64,000 nt of DNA from Eledone cirrhosa (lineage: Eukaryota): NCBI GenBank assembly GCA_964016885.1, contig OZ024753.1, positions 31,620,001 to 31,684,000 on the forward strand. Direction: 5' to 3'. This document shows positions 42,825 to 56,925 of the stretch, in pieces; position 1 is the first letter of the stretch; every line of letters begins with the position of its first letter. Below the pieces are notes generated by a model. The model worked only from the letters and a program-made list of their open reading frames with translations, was not told where the DNA came from and searched no databases. A program made the position numbers and the translations under genes.

Positions 42825-43093
42825 GTAAGAAATATATGTATATGATGAGGGGGGTGCATTTTAAACATAAATATTTTCTTGGTAGGTTTTTATGTGTTGG
42901 TGGGTCCTTCGTCGCTGTCGATGATTAGCATTCGGTTTTTGGATTAACAGAACTCGCAACTCGTGACTTAACATGTAAGAGTTTCCGTATTCCACAGACA
43001 CGTGTATCCTTAACGTAATGTCCCAACTGAACCAGGCAGGAATAATATATGATAAAGCTAGACTTTTATCCGTATTCCACAGACACGTTTACC

Positions 43094-43587
43094 CAGGGGC
43101 CCCGTTTGCATTAAAAATGTAAGGGGGACAAACCAACATTTGTTGATTCTTAAAGGAGCACGTTAGTAGTGTTTATGGTGCCTTTCCCAGACACCATAAG
43201 TAAAATTCGCATAAGTAAAATGTTACGCTAATTGAATGTTATATATTCAAATAAAGTTCAGGTATAAAAAAATAAGCTTAAAAAGAATTTAATATCAAAT
43301 AAACAGAATTTTTAATTTTTAGCAAATGGATGTAAATATCGAATGAACAAAATTCAATACCGATTGCAACTTAGCGGTATATATATTCATATAAATATAT
43401 GCATATAAATAAATATGTAAAAATATGTATTATACATATGTATGATTTGTTAGTGGTATTTTCTTTGTTTTTTAATAGGGAAAAAGTGTGTGTGTTGGGG
43501 GGGGGGAGATGGTTTGTCCACCGTTCCTCAAAAGGTGGGGGGGGGGGGGTACTTGGCCCCCTGGTACCCCCTGAAACAAGGCCCTTG
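43094..43587. mobile_element. hAT-type MITE
   Basis: TIRs CAGGGGCCCCGTTT / AAACAAGGCCCTTG; 8-bp TSD cgtttacc / cgtgtacc; interrupts the second copy of an ~85-bp local duplication. Confidence 0.7.
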
Positions 43588-44009
43588 CGTGTACCCTTAA
43601 CCTAATGTCCAAACTGGATCAGGCTGAAATAATATATGATAAAACTAGACTTTTAAATTACAGGTAAAATCCTGGGTGGACGTACACTTGCCCATTATGC
43701 CATTCAGTGGTTTCAAACCCGAGACCTCATTATTGCAGAGCCAATTTCTTCACTGACCCCTGCCTGTGTTCATGTCCAATGTTGTTGTTATTGGCCTGTT
43801 CTATTAATAGTGGTCCCTTAACTCCTGGTTTCTTGTTCCGATCTGTGATACACACTTTTCTTTTTGTTCTGTTCTTTTTTCTAAGAATGTATGTAATATA
43901 CGAACTTTATATCTATAATATATAATGATGTGTCGAAAACAACTTGTATTCAAAATTATATATTACAAACATTTCAAATATAATATATATATGTATGTAT
44001 GTGTGTGTG

Positions 44010-44060
<51 letters not shown>

Positions 44061-44662
44061 GTGTGGGTGGGTGTATTTATACATATATATAATTATGTAT
44101 ATATATATAAGCGTATGAGTATGCTTATCTCTCTCTGAGTATGTGTATATATATATATATACATACAGAGAAAGAGAGAGATACGTTCATATAGATGTGT
44201 GTTTGTGTGTGTTAGTGGGAGAGAGATCAGTAAACATTATGATATCTACTCTATAATTTTATACTTTAATTCTGCATGAAATAACTTTCATTGTGTTTAG
44301 TGAAAGTCTTATAGTAATTACAGATTATTTCTCTAAGAGCCAGCAGATCAAAGAACAGCAACATTAATGCTTCCATCTGCTTGAGGTTCTACAGAGAATT
44401 CTTCGTCTTCCGCTCTCTCTCTATTTCGTTCACTCGTTCCATTCTTTATTTTTAAATGATAGTGTGTCTGTTGGCGACCGCCGCTTTGTGTAGGTATCTA
44501 GGTTTGTGTGATACACTATACTGAGGACAACCACCACCACTACTACTACTACTAGCAATGCTAATACTACTAATATAGTCGCAATGGGGACGATTTCTAA
44601 ACTAGGCAAAATATCAATAAATTCGGGAAAGTTGATTTCACGACCCGACCCCTGCTCATAAT

Positions 44663-44850
44663 AATTGTTTCTACTTTTGGCACAAGGCCAGCAATTATCT
44701 CAGTGCATTACTGGTACTTTATTTTAGCGACCCCGTAAGGATGAGAGGCAAAGTTAACCTCGGCGGGATTTGAACTCACATCACAAAGGGCTGTAACTCC
44801 ATGCTCCAAAGCATGGCGTTGGACCCTCTACCGATACTGCCAATCCACCC
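44663..44850 (-). mobile_element. Cephalopod SINE
   Basis: TSD ccctgctcataataat. Confidence 0.88.
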
Positions 44851-44869
44851 CTGCTCATAATAATAAACA

Positions 44870-44902
<33 letters not shown>

Positions 44903-45290
44903 GCATATGAAAACTCGACTGTACTTCATGTTTAACTGGTTTTTGTTCTGTAAAAGAACATAATTTCTAACTAATCAGATTTTAGTTAGAATCATAAAGT
45001 TTCAAGGTTTTCTGTCTCATTCGATCTGCTAAAAATAGCAGCCAATCTCTTGAGATTTACACACAACTGTCTTTGAAAAGGAGGGATGCATACTGCATCT
45101 AGAACTGCATTATCTAACGTTTAAAATTAAAATTTATCCTCATAGTTGGGACATCTTTGATTAAAGTTCTAGTCAATCAGAGCTGACTTTGTTGGCCTAA
45201 ATAACAACAATAATAGCAGCAGCCGCGAATAACACTAGTAACTACAGCCAAACACAACTGATTAATGAAGTGACATTAAATTTAACGTCG

Positions 45291-45347
45291 AAAGTACCAG
45301 TAATGCACTGGGTAATTGCTGGCCTTGTGCCAAAAGTAGAAACAATT
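45291..45347 (+). mobile_element. 5'-truncated SINE tail
   Basis: aaagtaccagtaatgcactgggtaattgctggccttgtgcc...; TSD attaaatttaacgtcgaaag. Confidence 0.8.
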
Positions 45348-45966
45348 AAATTTAACGTCGAAAGGTTTCATGTTCATCAAAGACAAAAGATATCTCATTG
45401 TTCCCATGGTTACCTACAATATGATAGAAATATAAACACCATTACAGTCTCAAAGATAAAGCTACTGAACTGTATAGAAATGTCAACTAAGGCATGATGA
45501 TGATGATGATAAAGGTCATGATGGTGGTGGTGGTGGTGCTGGTGGTAATAATGATGATGATGATTATGATGATGGACAGCAAGAAGTCGACGGCAACGGT
45601 GGCGGCGGTGACGACGATCGATGATGACGATGATGATGAGTTTGTTGAAGATAAAGGTGGTGATGGAGAAAGAGGGAGAGTAATCTAACCGACCAAATAT
45701 CAAAGATAACAACAATGACGATAACAATTATTATAATATCTAAAAGTGGTGGATTGGCAGAATTGGTAGAGCGTCGAATAAAACGCCATTGCGGTATTTA
45801 TTCTGGAGTTTTACACCTGAATTCAAGTCCTGCCAAAGTCAACTTCGACTCTTATCTCTTGGGCGTCGATAACCTAAATTGGCAATCAAATTTTTCGGGA
45901 TTTACATCTCTCTCTCTCTCTCTCTCTCTCTAGAGAGAGAGAAGGGGAGATGTAAATATCACGAAA

Positions 45967-46048
<82 letters not shown>

Positions 46049-46837
46049 GAGAGAGAGGAATGGGTAACGGATAAAGAAAAGTATTGGCAGACATTTTAGA
46101 TCCCCCCCCACCACCACCAACTTTGTTAGGTATTTGTGTTCCATAAATTCTAAATAAATATTTTTGCAATGCTTTTAACAGATACTAGTGTTCTTGTGAC
46201 AGACGTATACAATTATTATAATATAAAATCTAACTTGATGCTTTCAACACTTAGTTTGTGCTTTTCAACATATAATTTTTTTGTGTATGGAACTGTGTCT
46301 GTTAAATTTCATGTTTTCTAGGTTTATATATATTCTTTTCAGTATTGTATCTACTACATCATTGTATTTAACAACTCTATCCGCAACCACAAAGATAGGT
46401 ATATGTTGAAATGCAAATAAACACTGCAAATGGCTTCCACGCCACAATATAAACATAGTGTAAAGTAATGTTTAGACAAACATTGTTTTATCTCTCTGCA
46501 AGAAGTGAAGTTGACATTTCAATATTCTGAAAGAGTTTTAGTAGAAATCTAAGCATAAAAAAAAACGTTCTTGGTTTTTTTAAAAGTAATCCTTACTAAT
46601 CAATTATAAACATAGGAGTTCACGACAAAACAAGAATAATGATGATGATTTATTTTATTTGCCACAAATACACCGGGTGAAGGAGACACTTCAAAAACAA
46701 CTTAATAGAAATGAGAAAATGGGAACATGTATATACAGTCCACAGTTATATAAAACATACAGTCTTCGTGGCACAGAGAGTTAAATACGTAAGGTTAACT
46801 GAAGAATCCCACAGATCCACAATCACACGGATAATAA

Positions 46838-47049
46838 TGGTTTCTGACTTAGGTACAAGTCCAACAATTTTGGAGGAAGGGAAAGTCGATTAAATCGACT
46901 CTAGTGCGTTATTATGCGCTTATTGACCCTTTAATTTTGGAAGACAAGGCTAACCTTTGTGGGATTTAAATTCAGAACGCAAAGGACCGGAACTATATTC
47001 CGAAACGCATCTTGTTCGACACTCTGTCAATACTGCCAACCCACCACCC
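46838..47049 (-). mobile_element. Older cephalopod SINE, long subfamily
   Basis: Diverged match ending aatactgccaacccaccaccc. Confidence 0.65.
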
Positions 47050-48541
47050 TTAACTAGTAAATTTAGGGGTGCTGTTAAGTTAGATATATCCTGGACCAAT
47101 ACTGGCCGAAACCTATCAAAGTTACAGCATAGCAGTTACAGTATAGCAGAAAACAATGAATTCTGTTATAAAACCGATAATACATGTTGGATTTTTCATT
47201 CTTCACTGAATTTAAACCTCGCCCATCAACTCAGTTAAAGCCAAATACTGGGGCTTGACCGACCGCTTTCTTTTCGTATCGGTCGTTGTCGAGACCTCCG
47301 TTGTCCCCAGTCAACAGACTGTTATTTTCCTCCTCAAGATTGAGTGAAATACATTCTGATCGGGGAAAGGTTAAGCGAGTGGTACAGCGGAGGATTCTGG
47401 CTGTTATCCGCAAATTTTTCCACTAGGTGCAAATGTGATACTGATACACTACCTTAGTTTTCTGTCCCTCCGCTTTCCTTACTTTTGCTATTTTTTTGCT
47501 ATTTGATTTTACTATATTCTATTGCAAACAATATATAATCTAACTACTTTCTTGTATTATACATACAAGTCCACAATGTATTCTGTAAGCAAGGAAGGTA
47601 GCAAATGCTTGACCTTTCGTTCACTACTGAATTTAAACCACAACCTGTCAACACACTTCGTAGTCTGTTCTATCCTGAGAGACTTGCAGTCATCATTGTC
47701 ATTTCCAGGCTTGTCAAATGTATTCCGTACTAAATGAATCTATTCGTTTATCACCTTCAGCCCTGTTCACATTCGTAATCAATTACTTCACAGAATCAGC
47801 AAGGGAGCCTCGTTCATTTTTACACGCCAATGCCATCTTTGCTAAGAGTAGCTATAAATGTAAATAGTTACCTTCGTTCGTCATAAACAAAGCGCTTCAT
47901 TTAGTCTCACTAAATATCTAGAATATAAGCTGCCATACCAACATATGTTGTTAAATTTCTCATCTCTCTTTCTATCCATCTAGCTATCTATCTCAACAAT
48001 ATTTGCAATAGCAACCTATATTATTCTCTCCCCCTCTCTCTCTCTCTCTCTCCCTCCCTCAACATTACAATATTTGACATAGTAACTTATATTACGCCTC
48101 CTCCTTCGGACACACACTCTCTCAGTTGCTCTCTGTTTTCAGTTAAGGCTGACGCAAGGTTAACCAACAACTATAACAACAAGCTTCCAATGTAAACATT
48201 AATTTTACGCTATTATTCCGATCTACCTAGAAATATTTGACAATTACTGACGAACATCTCACGTTTTGATCCCATTTATAAAGGTCAACATTGAATAAAA
48301 TTGTTTTACGTTACTGGAAAATGTAAACACTTTTGATGAGTTATTTCACGCAAATCAAGAACTTATAGTTTGAGCCTAAAACAAATGATAATTCTTGTAA
48401 TTTTTTTTAATAGAAGCAATATTTTGTGTTTAGACGAAACTAAAGAATATAAATTAATGGAATAGGCCTCCGTCGGTTTCGATGATGGGTGTTCCGGTTG
48501 TTCTATCAATAGAACCGTCTGTACGTGACATTAACATATAA

Positions 48542-48728
48542 GTTTCTACATTTGGTACAAGGCCAACAATTATCGCAGTGTATTACTGGTGCTTTATTTT
48601 ATCGACCCCGTAAGGATGAAAGGCAAAGTTAACCTTGGCGGGATTTGAACTCAGACCATAAAGGGCCACAACGCTTTGCTGCAAAGCATGGCGTCAAACC
48701 GTCTACCGATACTGCCAATCCACCGCCC
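48542..48728 (-). mobile_element. Cephalopod SINE
   Basis: TSD ttaacatataag. Confidence 0.88.
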
Positions 48729-49009
48729 TTAACATATAAGAGGCAGATCGTAACAAACACACCTACAATATATTTAATGTAGTTCTCAGCGAGATTGATC
48801 GTGATACAGTCTGTGACAAGGCTGGCCCTTTAAATTACAGACATAGTCCAACCGATTGGCTTCTAAATTTCCATCTACCCAATTTCGCTAGGGTCGTTAG
48901 GGTTTGGATTCTCTCTCTCTCTGCCAATGGAGCATTTGTTGAATGAACGAGATATTTTCAATTACGCCATTCGTGGTCTATTCTTAGAGGATATTTTGTC
49001 TCACGACTT

Positions 49010-49147
49010 CGAATGTCCTCGAGGTTAACTTTGCCTTTCATCCTTACGGGGTCGATAAAATAAAGTACCAGTCACGCACTGGAGTCGATTTAATCGACTT
49101 TCCCTCTCTCCTAAACAAATGTTGGCCTTGTGCCTAATAGTCGAAAT
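49010..49147 (+). mobile_element. 5'-truncated SINE, long subfamily
   Basis: gaggttaactttgcctttcatccttacggggtcgataaaataaagtaccagtcacgcactgg... Confidence 0.8.
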
Positions 49148-49980
49148 TAATATTAATATTTAATAAAGAATCAGTTCTACAAATATATGTGAGGAAACAG
49201 GCGAGGGTATTTATCTCAGTATATGACTGGTAAGTTATTTTATCACCCTCGGAATGTTGATCATGTTATGATATGAACTCACAATATAAAGAGCCTTAAC
49301 TAGATAAATTTCGGAAACAAAATCTTGTCAGGCTCTCTATTAGTTTGCCAATTAACCAGTATCCATTTTACAAACGTTAAATATCAAAACTATAATAAAA
49401 TAATTGAAGAAGGAAATTTTATTAAATTTAAATCCAACATTATACTACAACGTAATTAACCCCCAACATGCCACGAATAAAATATTTTTAAAATACCCAC
49501 GAACGTTGCATATATTAATGCATTTTTTTACATGGTCGGTTTTATAGCTATAACCTTCGCCTCGTAAAATGACTTTACGTTAAAAACAGGCTTTTTAAAT
49601 TCATAAGAACGTTGAGGATTTTTAATACATCATTAAAATTGTTCATAAAATGCACATAAACCCAAACCTTTCTAATATATTTTATTCCCTTATTAAACTA
49701 ATAAAACATCTTTACATTTAATAAGTGTTTTGTAGAAGAATTTTATGTAATTGTATTGAAATTGTTAATTAGGATATGTGATTATCAATAACGTGGCACG
49801 AATTTATGTGGCAGTTTTATATTTTGCTCATTACTAATATCTTAATTAAAATATCACATGTTATCATTCCTGACATCTTAATAAATGACTAACAGCAGAA
49901 ACATTCTATTTTTGATTGTTGTTATCTAATTTTATAAGATATTATTTTCTATATGAGTATTTTCTATATTTTCTATATAA

Positions 49981-50160
49981 GGGCAGTGGATTGGCAGTAT
50001 CGGTAGAGGGTCGGACGCCATGCTTTGCCGCATAGAGTTTCGGCCCTTGCCATTTTGAGTTCAAATCCCGCCTAGGTTAACTTTGCCTTTCATCCTTACG
50101 GCGTCGATAAAGTAATGCACTGGGTAATTGCTGGCCTTGTGCCAAAAAGTAGAAACAATT
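49981..50160 (+). mobile_element. Cephalopod SINE
   Basis: Full head; small internal deletion; tattttctatat duplicated on both sides. Confidence 0.85.
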
Positions 50161-51496
50161 ATTTTCTATATGAGTCTAGTTAATTTTATTGTTAAATTCT
50201 TGGGTGGATTGGCAGATTCAATAACCTACCCATGTAATGCTAAATAACCTGAATGTCTCCAGTAATATATATTCTGTACAAATATAGAAGGCTAAACACA
50301 AAATACTGCTTCTTTTTAAAACAACTAACAATGCGTTAGTGTTTGCGTTACATTGGAAAGATACTAAGGGGTGTCAATCGTTTTAGGCTCAACATTTATA
50401 TTTTTATTAGGATAAAGTCACTAATTAATATCCCCTAAACTCTAGTCAACAGTTATCAGTTATCTAATCTTAATTGCCATGGCATGGGCCCTTAACTGAT
50501 TATTGAGCCGTAGGGGCACCGTAGTGACATAAGGCATATCTTGCACATTTAAACCGGTGGACCTGTCCCTCTCCAGTGTGTCGTAATAGGCTGGCGACAG
50601 AAAGGACATATGACTGTAAAATATCACCTCAAAAGCACCCATTGACAAGTGTTATTGAGCCTGCAATAGTGGAAGCAGAGCTAAATCCTGGTTTAACAGG
50701 GATATGGCTACGAAATGCTTGCATTTGAAATTTTTACTTCGATAATAGTCAAACTCAAACTAGGTTTGGTTCTGAAGGATCAGACATTTTTGATAGCTAT
50801 ATTCGTTATTTTCTTTCTCACTAATAATTTTATGTTGGATATATGTGTTCATTTTTCTTTCTTTTTTATACAGTTTTAAAATTATTTTTGGAAAATGTCA
50901 ACTCAATGATTCACGTTGAACAATACATAGAAGCTGGTAACAGATGGAGCTTTTATTCTATTTTCTACTCGAGTTGTAGCGTTTCTGTTTCTTGTAGGTA
51001 ATTGTCTTCAGGCAGGCTTTAGAAATTATGTTCACGTCAGTTGGGACACAAACCGGGTTTCCAAAAGCTAGAACAACATACTCCCTAATTGCCTTGTAGT
51101 AATAAATGTTAGAGAATGCAATTTTTAGAATATCTTTGGCAATTTCTACGATATTCCCTTACTGGCTTCAATCTTTAGGTTGCGGTCATGCTGGAGTACT
51201 GCCATAAAAGTATCTAGTCGATCATATTGCCTCCAGTATTTATTTTATCGCTTTCGTTTTGACAAAACTCTAGGTTATAGGATATAAATTCAGACACAAA
51301 CATAAACATGGATACAGACACGCGTCTTGGGGGTACTTTATCCAAGGTTTCCCAGCTATTATCTATAGTGATCGACTGTTATTCGGGATTCTCACATTTT
51401 TAATATAAAATCTTCCAGCGCCAGGATAACTCATAATTCCTATACACAACATACACATACGTAACAACCTATACCTTAAACACACTCACACACACA

Positions 51497-51544
<48 letters not shown>

Positions 51545-52360
51545 CGATTTAAAAAATGGTATGGTTAAGAAAATTGCTTCGCAATCATAAGGTCCACAGT
51601 TCGATCCACAGCATGTCATTTTGGTGGAGTAGCAATTGCTGAAGCCTCGCATCAATCCAAGTCTTTTCAGTGAAATTAAGAAGACGGGAACTCTTTGGAA
51701 ACAACGTGGACGGACTTTATTTCTAATGGAATTCAGTAGGCCGATCACGTTTAGTTCCTCATTGTTTCTTTTAAAAAATTATAAAGGTAAAAGTTTTCTT
51801 CACATTGGAATCATGCTAAACAATTATGATTTGTATTAGGATCAACATATTTCTTGATTTGCGTGAAGTGACTCATTAAAACACGGCAAACTCTGATTCA
51901 CAGACATACTGTCTCCTCATACTGTCAATTATTCCATTAAATATATTGACCTCTGCTTCGCTGAAATGATTAGTCTCGTGCCACCTCAAATCAGGCATTC
52001 CAGGTTCATTGACTCTGACAGAAGTTCATTCCATGTATTCTATAGAAAATAATATATTCCACAGAATCCACAAAGTTTCAGTTTGTTTCATATGTACAGA
52101 ATACATTTCTGCTTTTCATTAAACGTTAATAGTAGAATATATTGTCCTTAGAATGCTCAGCCACTTCCACATTAAATTCATCAACAAGATGTTATGTTGT
52201 TTAAAAAGTTAGAGCACTCATTATATGAACCGACGAAAGTTCAATGCATATAATCCAAACGAAATACGAATCCATAATTTCCAGTTTCAGTATGTTTCGT
52301 ATGTAAATAACTGTTTGTGGTTCCTTAAGCATAACTTAACGTTTTTCTGTGTACTTTCAG

Positions 52361-52444
52361 CGCCAATCGATGACAAGCGCACCATCTGTTGACACACTCG
52401 CTTTGGATACGCACCAAGTGTTTACTCGGACTGGTTATTATAAG
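52361..52444 (+). CDS. NPR1-like: Receptor guanylyl cyclase exon, start of kinase-homology domain
   Basis: gtactttcag|CGC CAA ... TAT AAG|gtaagt; 84 nt, phase 0->0. RQSMTSAPSVDTLALDTHQVFTRTGYYK resembles GC-A QVFAKTAYYK. Confidence 0.92.
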
Positions 52445-52981
52445 GTAAGTCGTTACAGATTTGTGGTAATTATATATATGTACATACATTTGTGTTTGTG
52501 AAGGGGTGAATCTGTACGTGTGTTGGCCATTCACTGAAGTTTCATATGAATTGTATTTTAAAATGTTTGTGCACACCTCTGTTCCTTTCTGTCTCTCCTC
52601 ATCTCTCTGTCTCTCTTCATCTCTCCTCATCTCTCTGTCTCTCTTCATCTCTCTCTCTTCATCCCTCTCTCTCTCTATATATATATATATATGTATATAT
52701 ATCTCTATTATCTCATACGAATGAAATTTCTAGTCCTCTAGATGTGATTTCTATATACAGTAAATATATGTTTTCACAGAGCCCCTTCGGAAAACCATCT
52801 TTAATGTTTATATGTATAGAACCAGGTTACAACTAGATGGACCATTACTCAATGGAGTACTCGATGCTTTGGATAGTTTGGTATGGCTCTATTACAAAGA
52901 GTCGGAGCCCGACTTCTGGGCTTTTGTAGGTTCAACAATTAGTTCCAGTCTGAAACTAGCTTTTGAAACCACCTCGACACT

Positions 52982-53035
<54 letters not shown>

Positions 53036-53127
53036 ACGAAGGAAATGTGGTAAGGAACCAGGTGGACCATAACGCACCAAAGTACTCAATACTTAGGGTA
53101 GTAGAGTGGGTAATAGGAACGAGTAGG

Positions 53128-53223
53128 ACCCCGACGGCTGAGCTCAAGCCGTTTCGACGGCTAATTCTGGACTAAATGAACATTTTTATCCTGGTATATG
53201 AATAGCCGAGCTTCTCAGGGGGT
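53128..53223 (-). ncRNA. Type I hammerhead ribozyme-like motif, PLE family B (element sense)
   Basis: ACCCC-CUGAGAAG-CUCGGCUAUUC...GAAUUAGCCGUC-GAAACGGCU UGAGCUC AGCCGUC-GGGGU; stems I, II and III all pair, GUC triplet. Confidence 0.65.
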
Positions 53224-53740
53224 AATTCCATATATGGTAAAAGTGATTGTCACAAGGATTGGTCAAAAGTTTGTTGTTGAGACACATAATTCTATCATAG
53301 CAATTTGTGGAAGGAAGTGGTAGCTAAACCTGCCAGTAGAAGAAAGAGGGAGAGGGGGTGGAGGAAACCCAGTCGTGCGTTGATAGTGCCAACTACAACA
53401 GGGCAGGAGGTCAAGCAAGTATACTTGGGAGGGGGAGGAGGAGGAAGTCGAAACAATAAGTAAATCAATATGGAATAAATATATAGAATACCAAGAATGT
53501 TAAAAATATAAAAAAAACAATTTCTGGTTACTATTCCCTAACGACAGTCATCAAGTCTCTCACTGGTACTGCTAAACTATAGAAAAGTTTACTAGGTGGG
53601 ACGGAATTGTAATGAGACCATTTTAAGAGTTAGTAGTAATCAACCGATTATATTTTACGGTGACAGGTCAACAAGTGGGGGGCCAAAATACTAAAGAAAC
53701 TACCACGAAATTCAGGGTCCCGAAACTAATACGAAATAAA

Positions 53741-53780
53741 TGTTTCTACCCTAGGCACAAGGCCAGCAACCACCCAGTGC
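53741..53780 (-). mobile_element. SINE tail inserted into the PLE family B 3' UTR
   Basis: tgtttctaccctaggcacaaggccagcaaccacccagtgc flanked by the TSD aaactaatacgaaataa. Confidence 0.7.
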
Positions 53781-54934
53781 AAAAAATAAACTAATACGAA
53801 ATAATAATTCAGAATCCCGAAAATGAATACTAATACTATCTCTAAGGGTGCCGCTACGAAACAAAAATTCTAGTTCAAACTACATAAATGCTCGTACGAG
53901 GTATATGAAAAATTTGGTACGGAAAATTAATTCAGAATCCCCCCCCCCCAAAAAAAAAATAAATACTGATATACGAGAAATTAAAGCAGAGATACCAGTA
54001 AGAAATGTAGAAAGCACTGAAATGGGGCAGCCATCGGATAAGAGAGCAAGTATCTGGGGTCTATCACATCTGCTATAAAAAGCGGAGTCGGCCAATTCTA
54101 TCATAGAATAGGGGATGAGGTTCGAGGTACTGAGGCTACAAAGGACCGAGGGGCTGCCTCGGGTGGGCGAGAAAATGAAAAGGACGACGACAAAGAAGGA
54201 GGACTGGGGAGGAAGGACTAGGAAGGGATGGGGAAGAAGGAAATATAGAGGAAACGATAAAAAAATTTAAAAGAAGATCTTACGTCTACCTTTGCAAGCA
54301 GGGTTACCCATTACAAAGTCGGCAAGTGGGGTGTTACAGCCCTTGTCTACCCTACACCCCCCCCCCCCCGGGTCATTATGGGGTTTGAGGGCGAGGTAAG
54401 TCCTACGGAATCTGTATTTGCATGCAGTTACCAGTTTGTCTTTATTGTTTAGGGGTTGGTCCGTCGAAAACAGCATTTGTAAAGTTTCCTCCGAGCATAA
54501 ATTGCACGGACGGCGTCCTCCCGTGTAAGATCTGGCTCTGGACAATAAGCTCCAAGTGAGATCATAGGTAATAGTTTAGCAGTACCAGTGAGAGACTTGA
54601 TGACTGTCGTTAGGGAATAGTAACCAGAAATTGTTTTTTTTTATATTTTTAACATTCTTGGTATTCTATATATTTACTCCATATTGATTTACTTATTGTT
54701 TCGACTTCCTCCTCCTCCCCCTCCCAAGTATACTTGCTTGACCTCCTGCTCTGTTGTAGTTGCCACTATCAACACACGACTGGGTTTCCTCCACTTCCTC
54801 TCCCTCTCCCTCTTTCTTCTAAAGGCTGGTTCAGCTACCCCTTCCTCCCACAAATTGCCATGATAGAATTATGCGTCTCAACAACAAACTTTTGACCAAT
54901 CCTTGTGACAATCACTTTTACCATATATGGAATT

Positions 54935-55030
54935 ACCCCCTGAGAAGCTCGGCTATTCATATACCAGGATAAAAATGTTCATTTAGTCCAGAATTAGCCG
55001 TCGAAACGGCTTGAGCTCAGCCGTCGGGGT
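54935..55030 (+). ncRNA. Second copy of the family B hammerhead motif, in the sense of the host pre-mRNA
   Basis: accccctgagaagctcggctattc...gaattagccgtcgaaacggcttgagctcagccgtcggggt. Confidence 0.65.
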
Positions 55031-55040
55031 CCTACTCGTT

Positions 55041-55549
<509 letters not shown>

Positions 55550-55551
<2 letters not shown>

Positions 55552-55648
55552 CGAAGGAAATGTGGTAAGGAACCAGGTGGACCATAACGCACCAAAGTAC
55601 TCAATACTTAGGGTAGTAGAGTGGGTAATAGGAACCAGTAAGACCCCG
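55550..55648 (-). mobile_element. PLE family B tail-only copy
   Basis: Matches 53036-53133 and stops at gaccccg. Confidence 0.85.
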
Positions 55649-56649
55649 TATAGATATATAGATATATGTGTATGTGTGTGTGTGTATAAATAAACTATCG
55701 GAGCGTCGTGTTGAAATATTTAAGAAATGCAAAAAATCTCAAGATTTTTTAATTTTTCCAGAAAATATATAAATAGATAAATGTATATATGTGTCTGTGC
55801 ATCTGTATGTGTACATAAATATTTGTATACACAAAGAAACACATATATTTTAGCATTCCTCCTCGTATTTCCTCTAAGCTTCACAGTGAATAACAAACTT
55901 TCTAGTGAAGAATTTCCAACGGTTTTTACTTTTTATTTTACTTTTCTTTGAAAAAAATGTGTGAAATATTTTTTGGATATAAATAAATATTATATTGTAT
56001 TCAAAACAAGAAATATTCAAACATTAACTTCTAAAATAACTGTATACACATCGTGTTTAAGAGGACACAGGAATCTTTAATTATTTCTATGAAATCATGT
56101 GTATCTGATAGTTGGTACACATCACAGAGATACTATAACGACATAATGACAGGTGGTCTGTTATCGTCTGAAATATCTTCTGCTTGAGAGATAGATTTAT
56201 TTTTATCAGGAAGAAATGGAAATTATTCAAAGGCTTCTGCTGATTAGAACAGTGTGTTGATAGATACACACACACATGCACATACACATATATACACATG
56301 CATGCATGGTAAATGTTTAGGGTGTTCGCTTTGCAATCATTTCGTTTCGAATTGAGTCACATCGTTTGTCACATTGGGCTACGATTATATTCTCACGTTG
56401 AATATTGCTTTGTGAGTGAAAATTGGTAGACGTATATAAATGTGTGCGTGTGTATGGGTGCGTGTGTATGTGTTTACGTTTGTGCTTCTGATTATGTCCC
56501 GTAATGTAGCGGTTCGACAAAATGAGGTCGATAAACCAAGCACCAGACTTTGAAAAATAAATACTGGAATCAATATGATCGAATATAACACATGTAGTAT
56601 ATGTGTGTGTGTTTATATAAATGTGTATGTGTCATATATATATATATGT

Positions 56650-56796
56650 AAGAAAGGAATTGTAGTAAGGAACCAAATGGACCATAACGCACCAGAGTAC
56701 TCAATACTTAGGGTAGTAGAGTGGGAAATAGGAAAAAGTATGAAATAGCCGTCGAAACGGGTTGAGCTCTGCCGTCGGGGTCATACTTTTTCCTAT
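56650..56796 (-). mobile_element. PLE family B short copy with inversion
   Basis: Tail plus inverted tagccgtcgaaacgggttgagctctgccgtcggggtcatactttttcctat. Confidence 0.8.
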
Positions 56797-56876
56797 ATAT
56801 ATATATATATATGTTTGTGTACGTATATATGTGTGTGTGTATGTTTGTGTACCTTATATGTGTGTCTGTTGTGTAC

Positions 56877-56925
<49 letters not shown>

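Larger units (their letters stand above)
53036..55045 (-). mobile_element. PLE family B insertion: GIY-YIG 3' coding fragment, 3' UTR, pLTR with tail, inverted pLTR at the 5' end
   Basis: YDLTWSLLSRARSYTGGRRPCNLCSEETLQML...LNNKDKLVTACKY at ~54267-54570; inverted repeats 53113-53580 and 54571-55045; (TA)n flanks. Confidence 0.9.
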
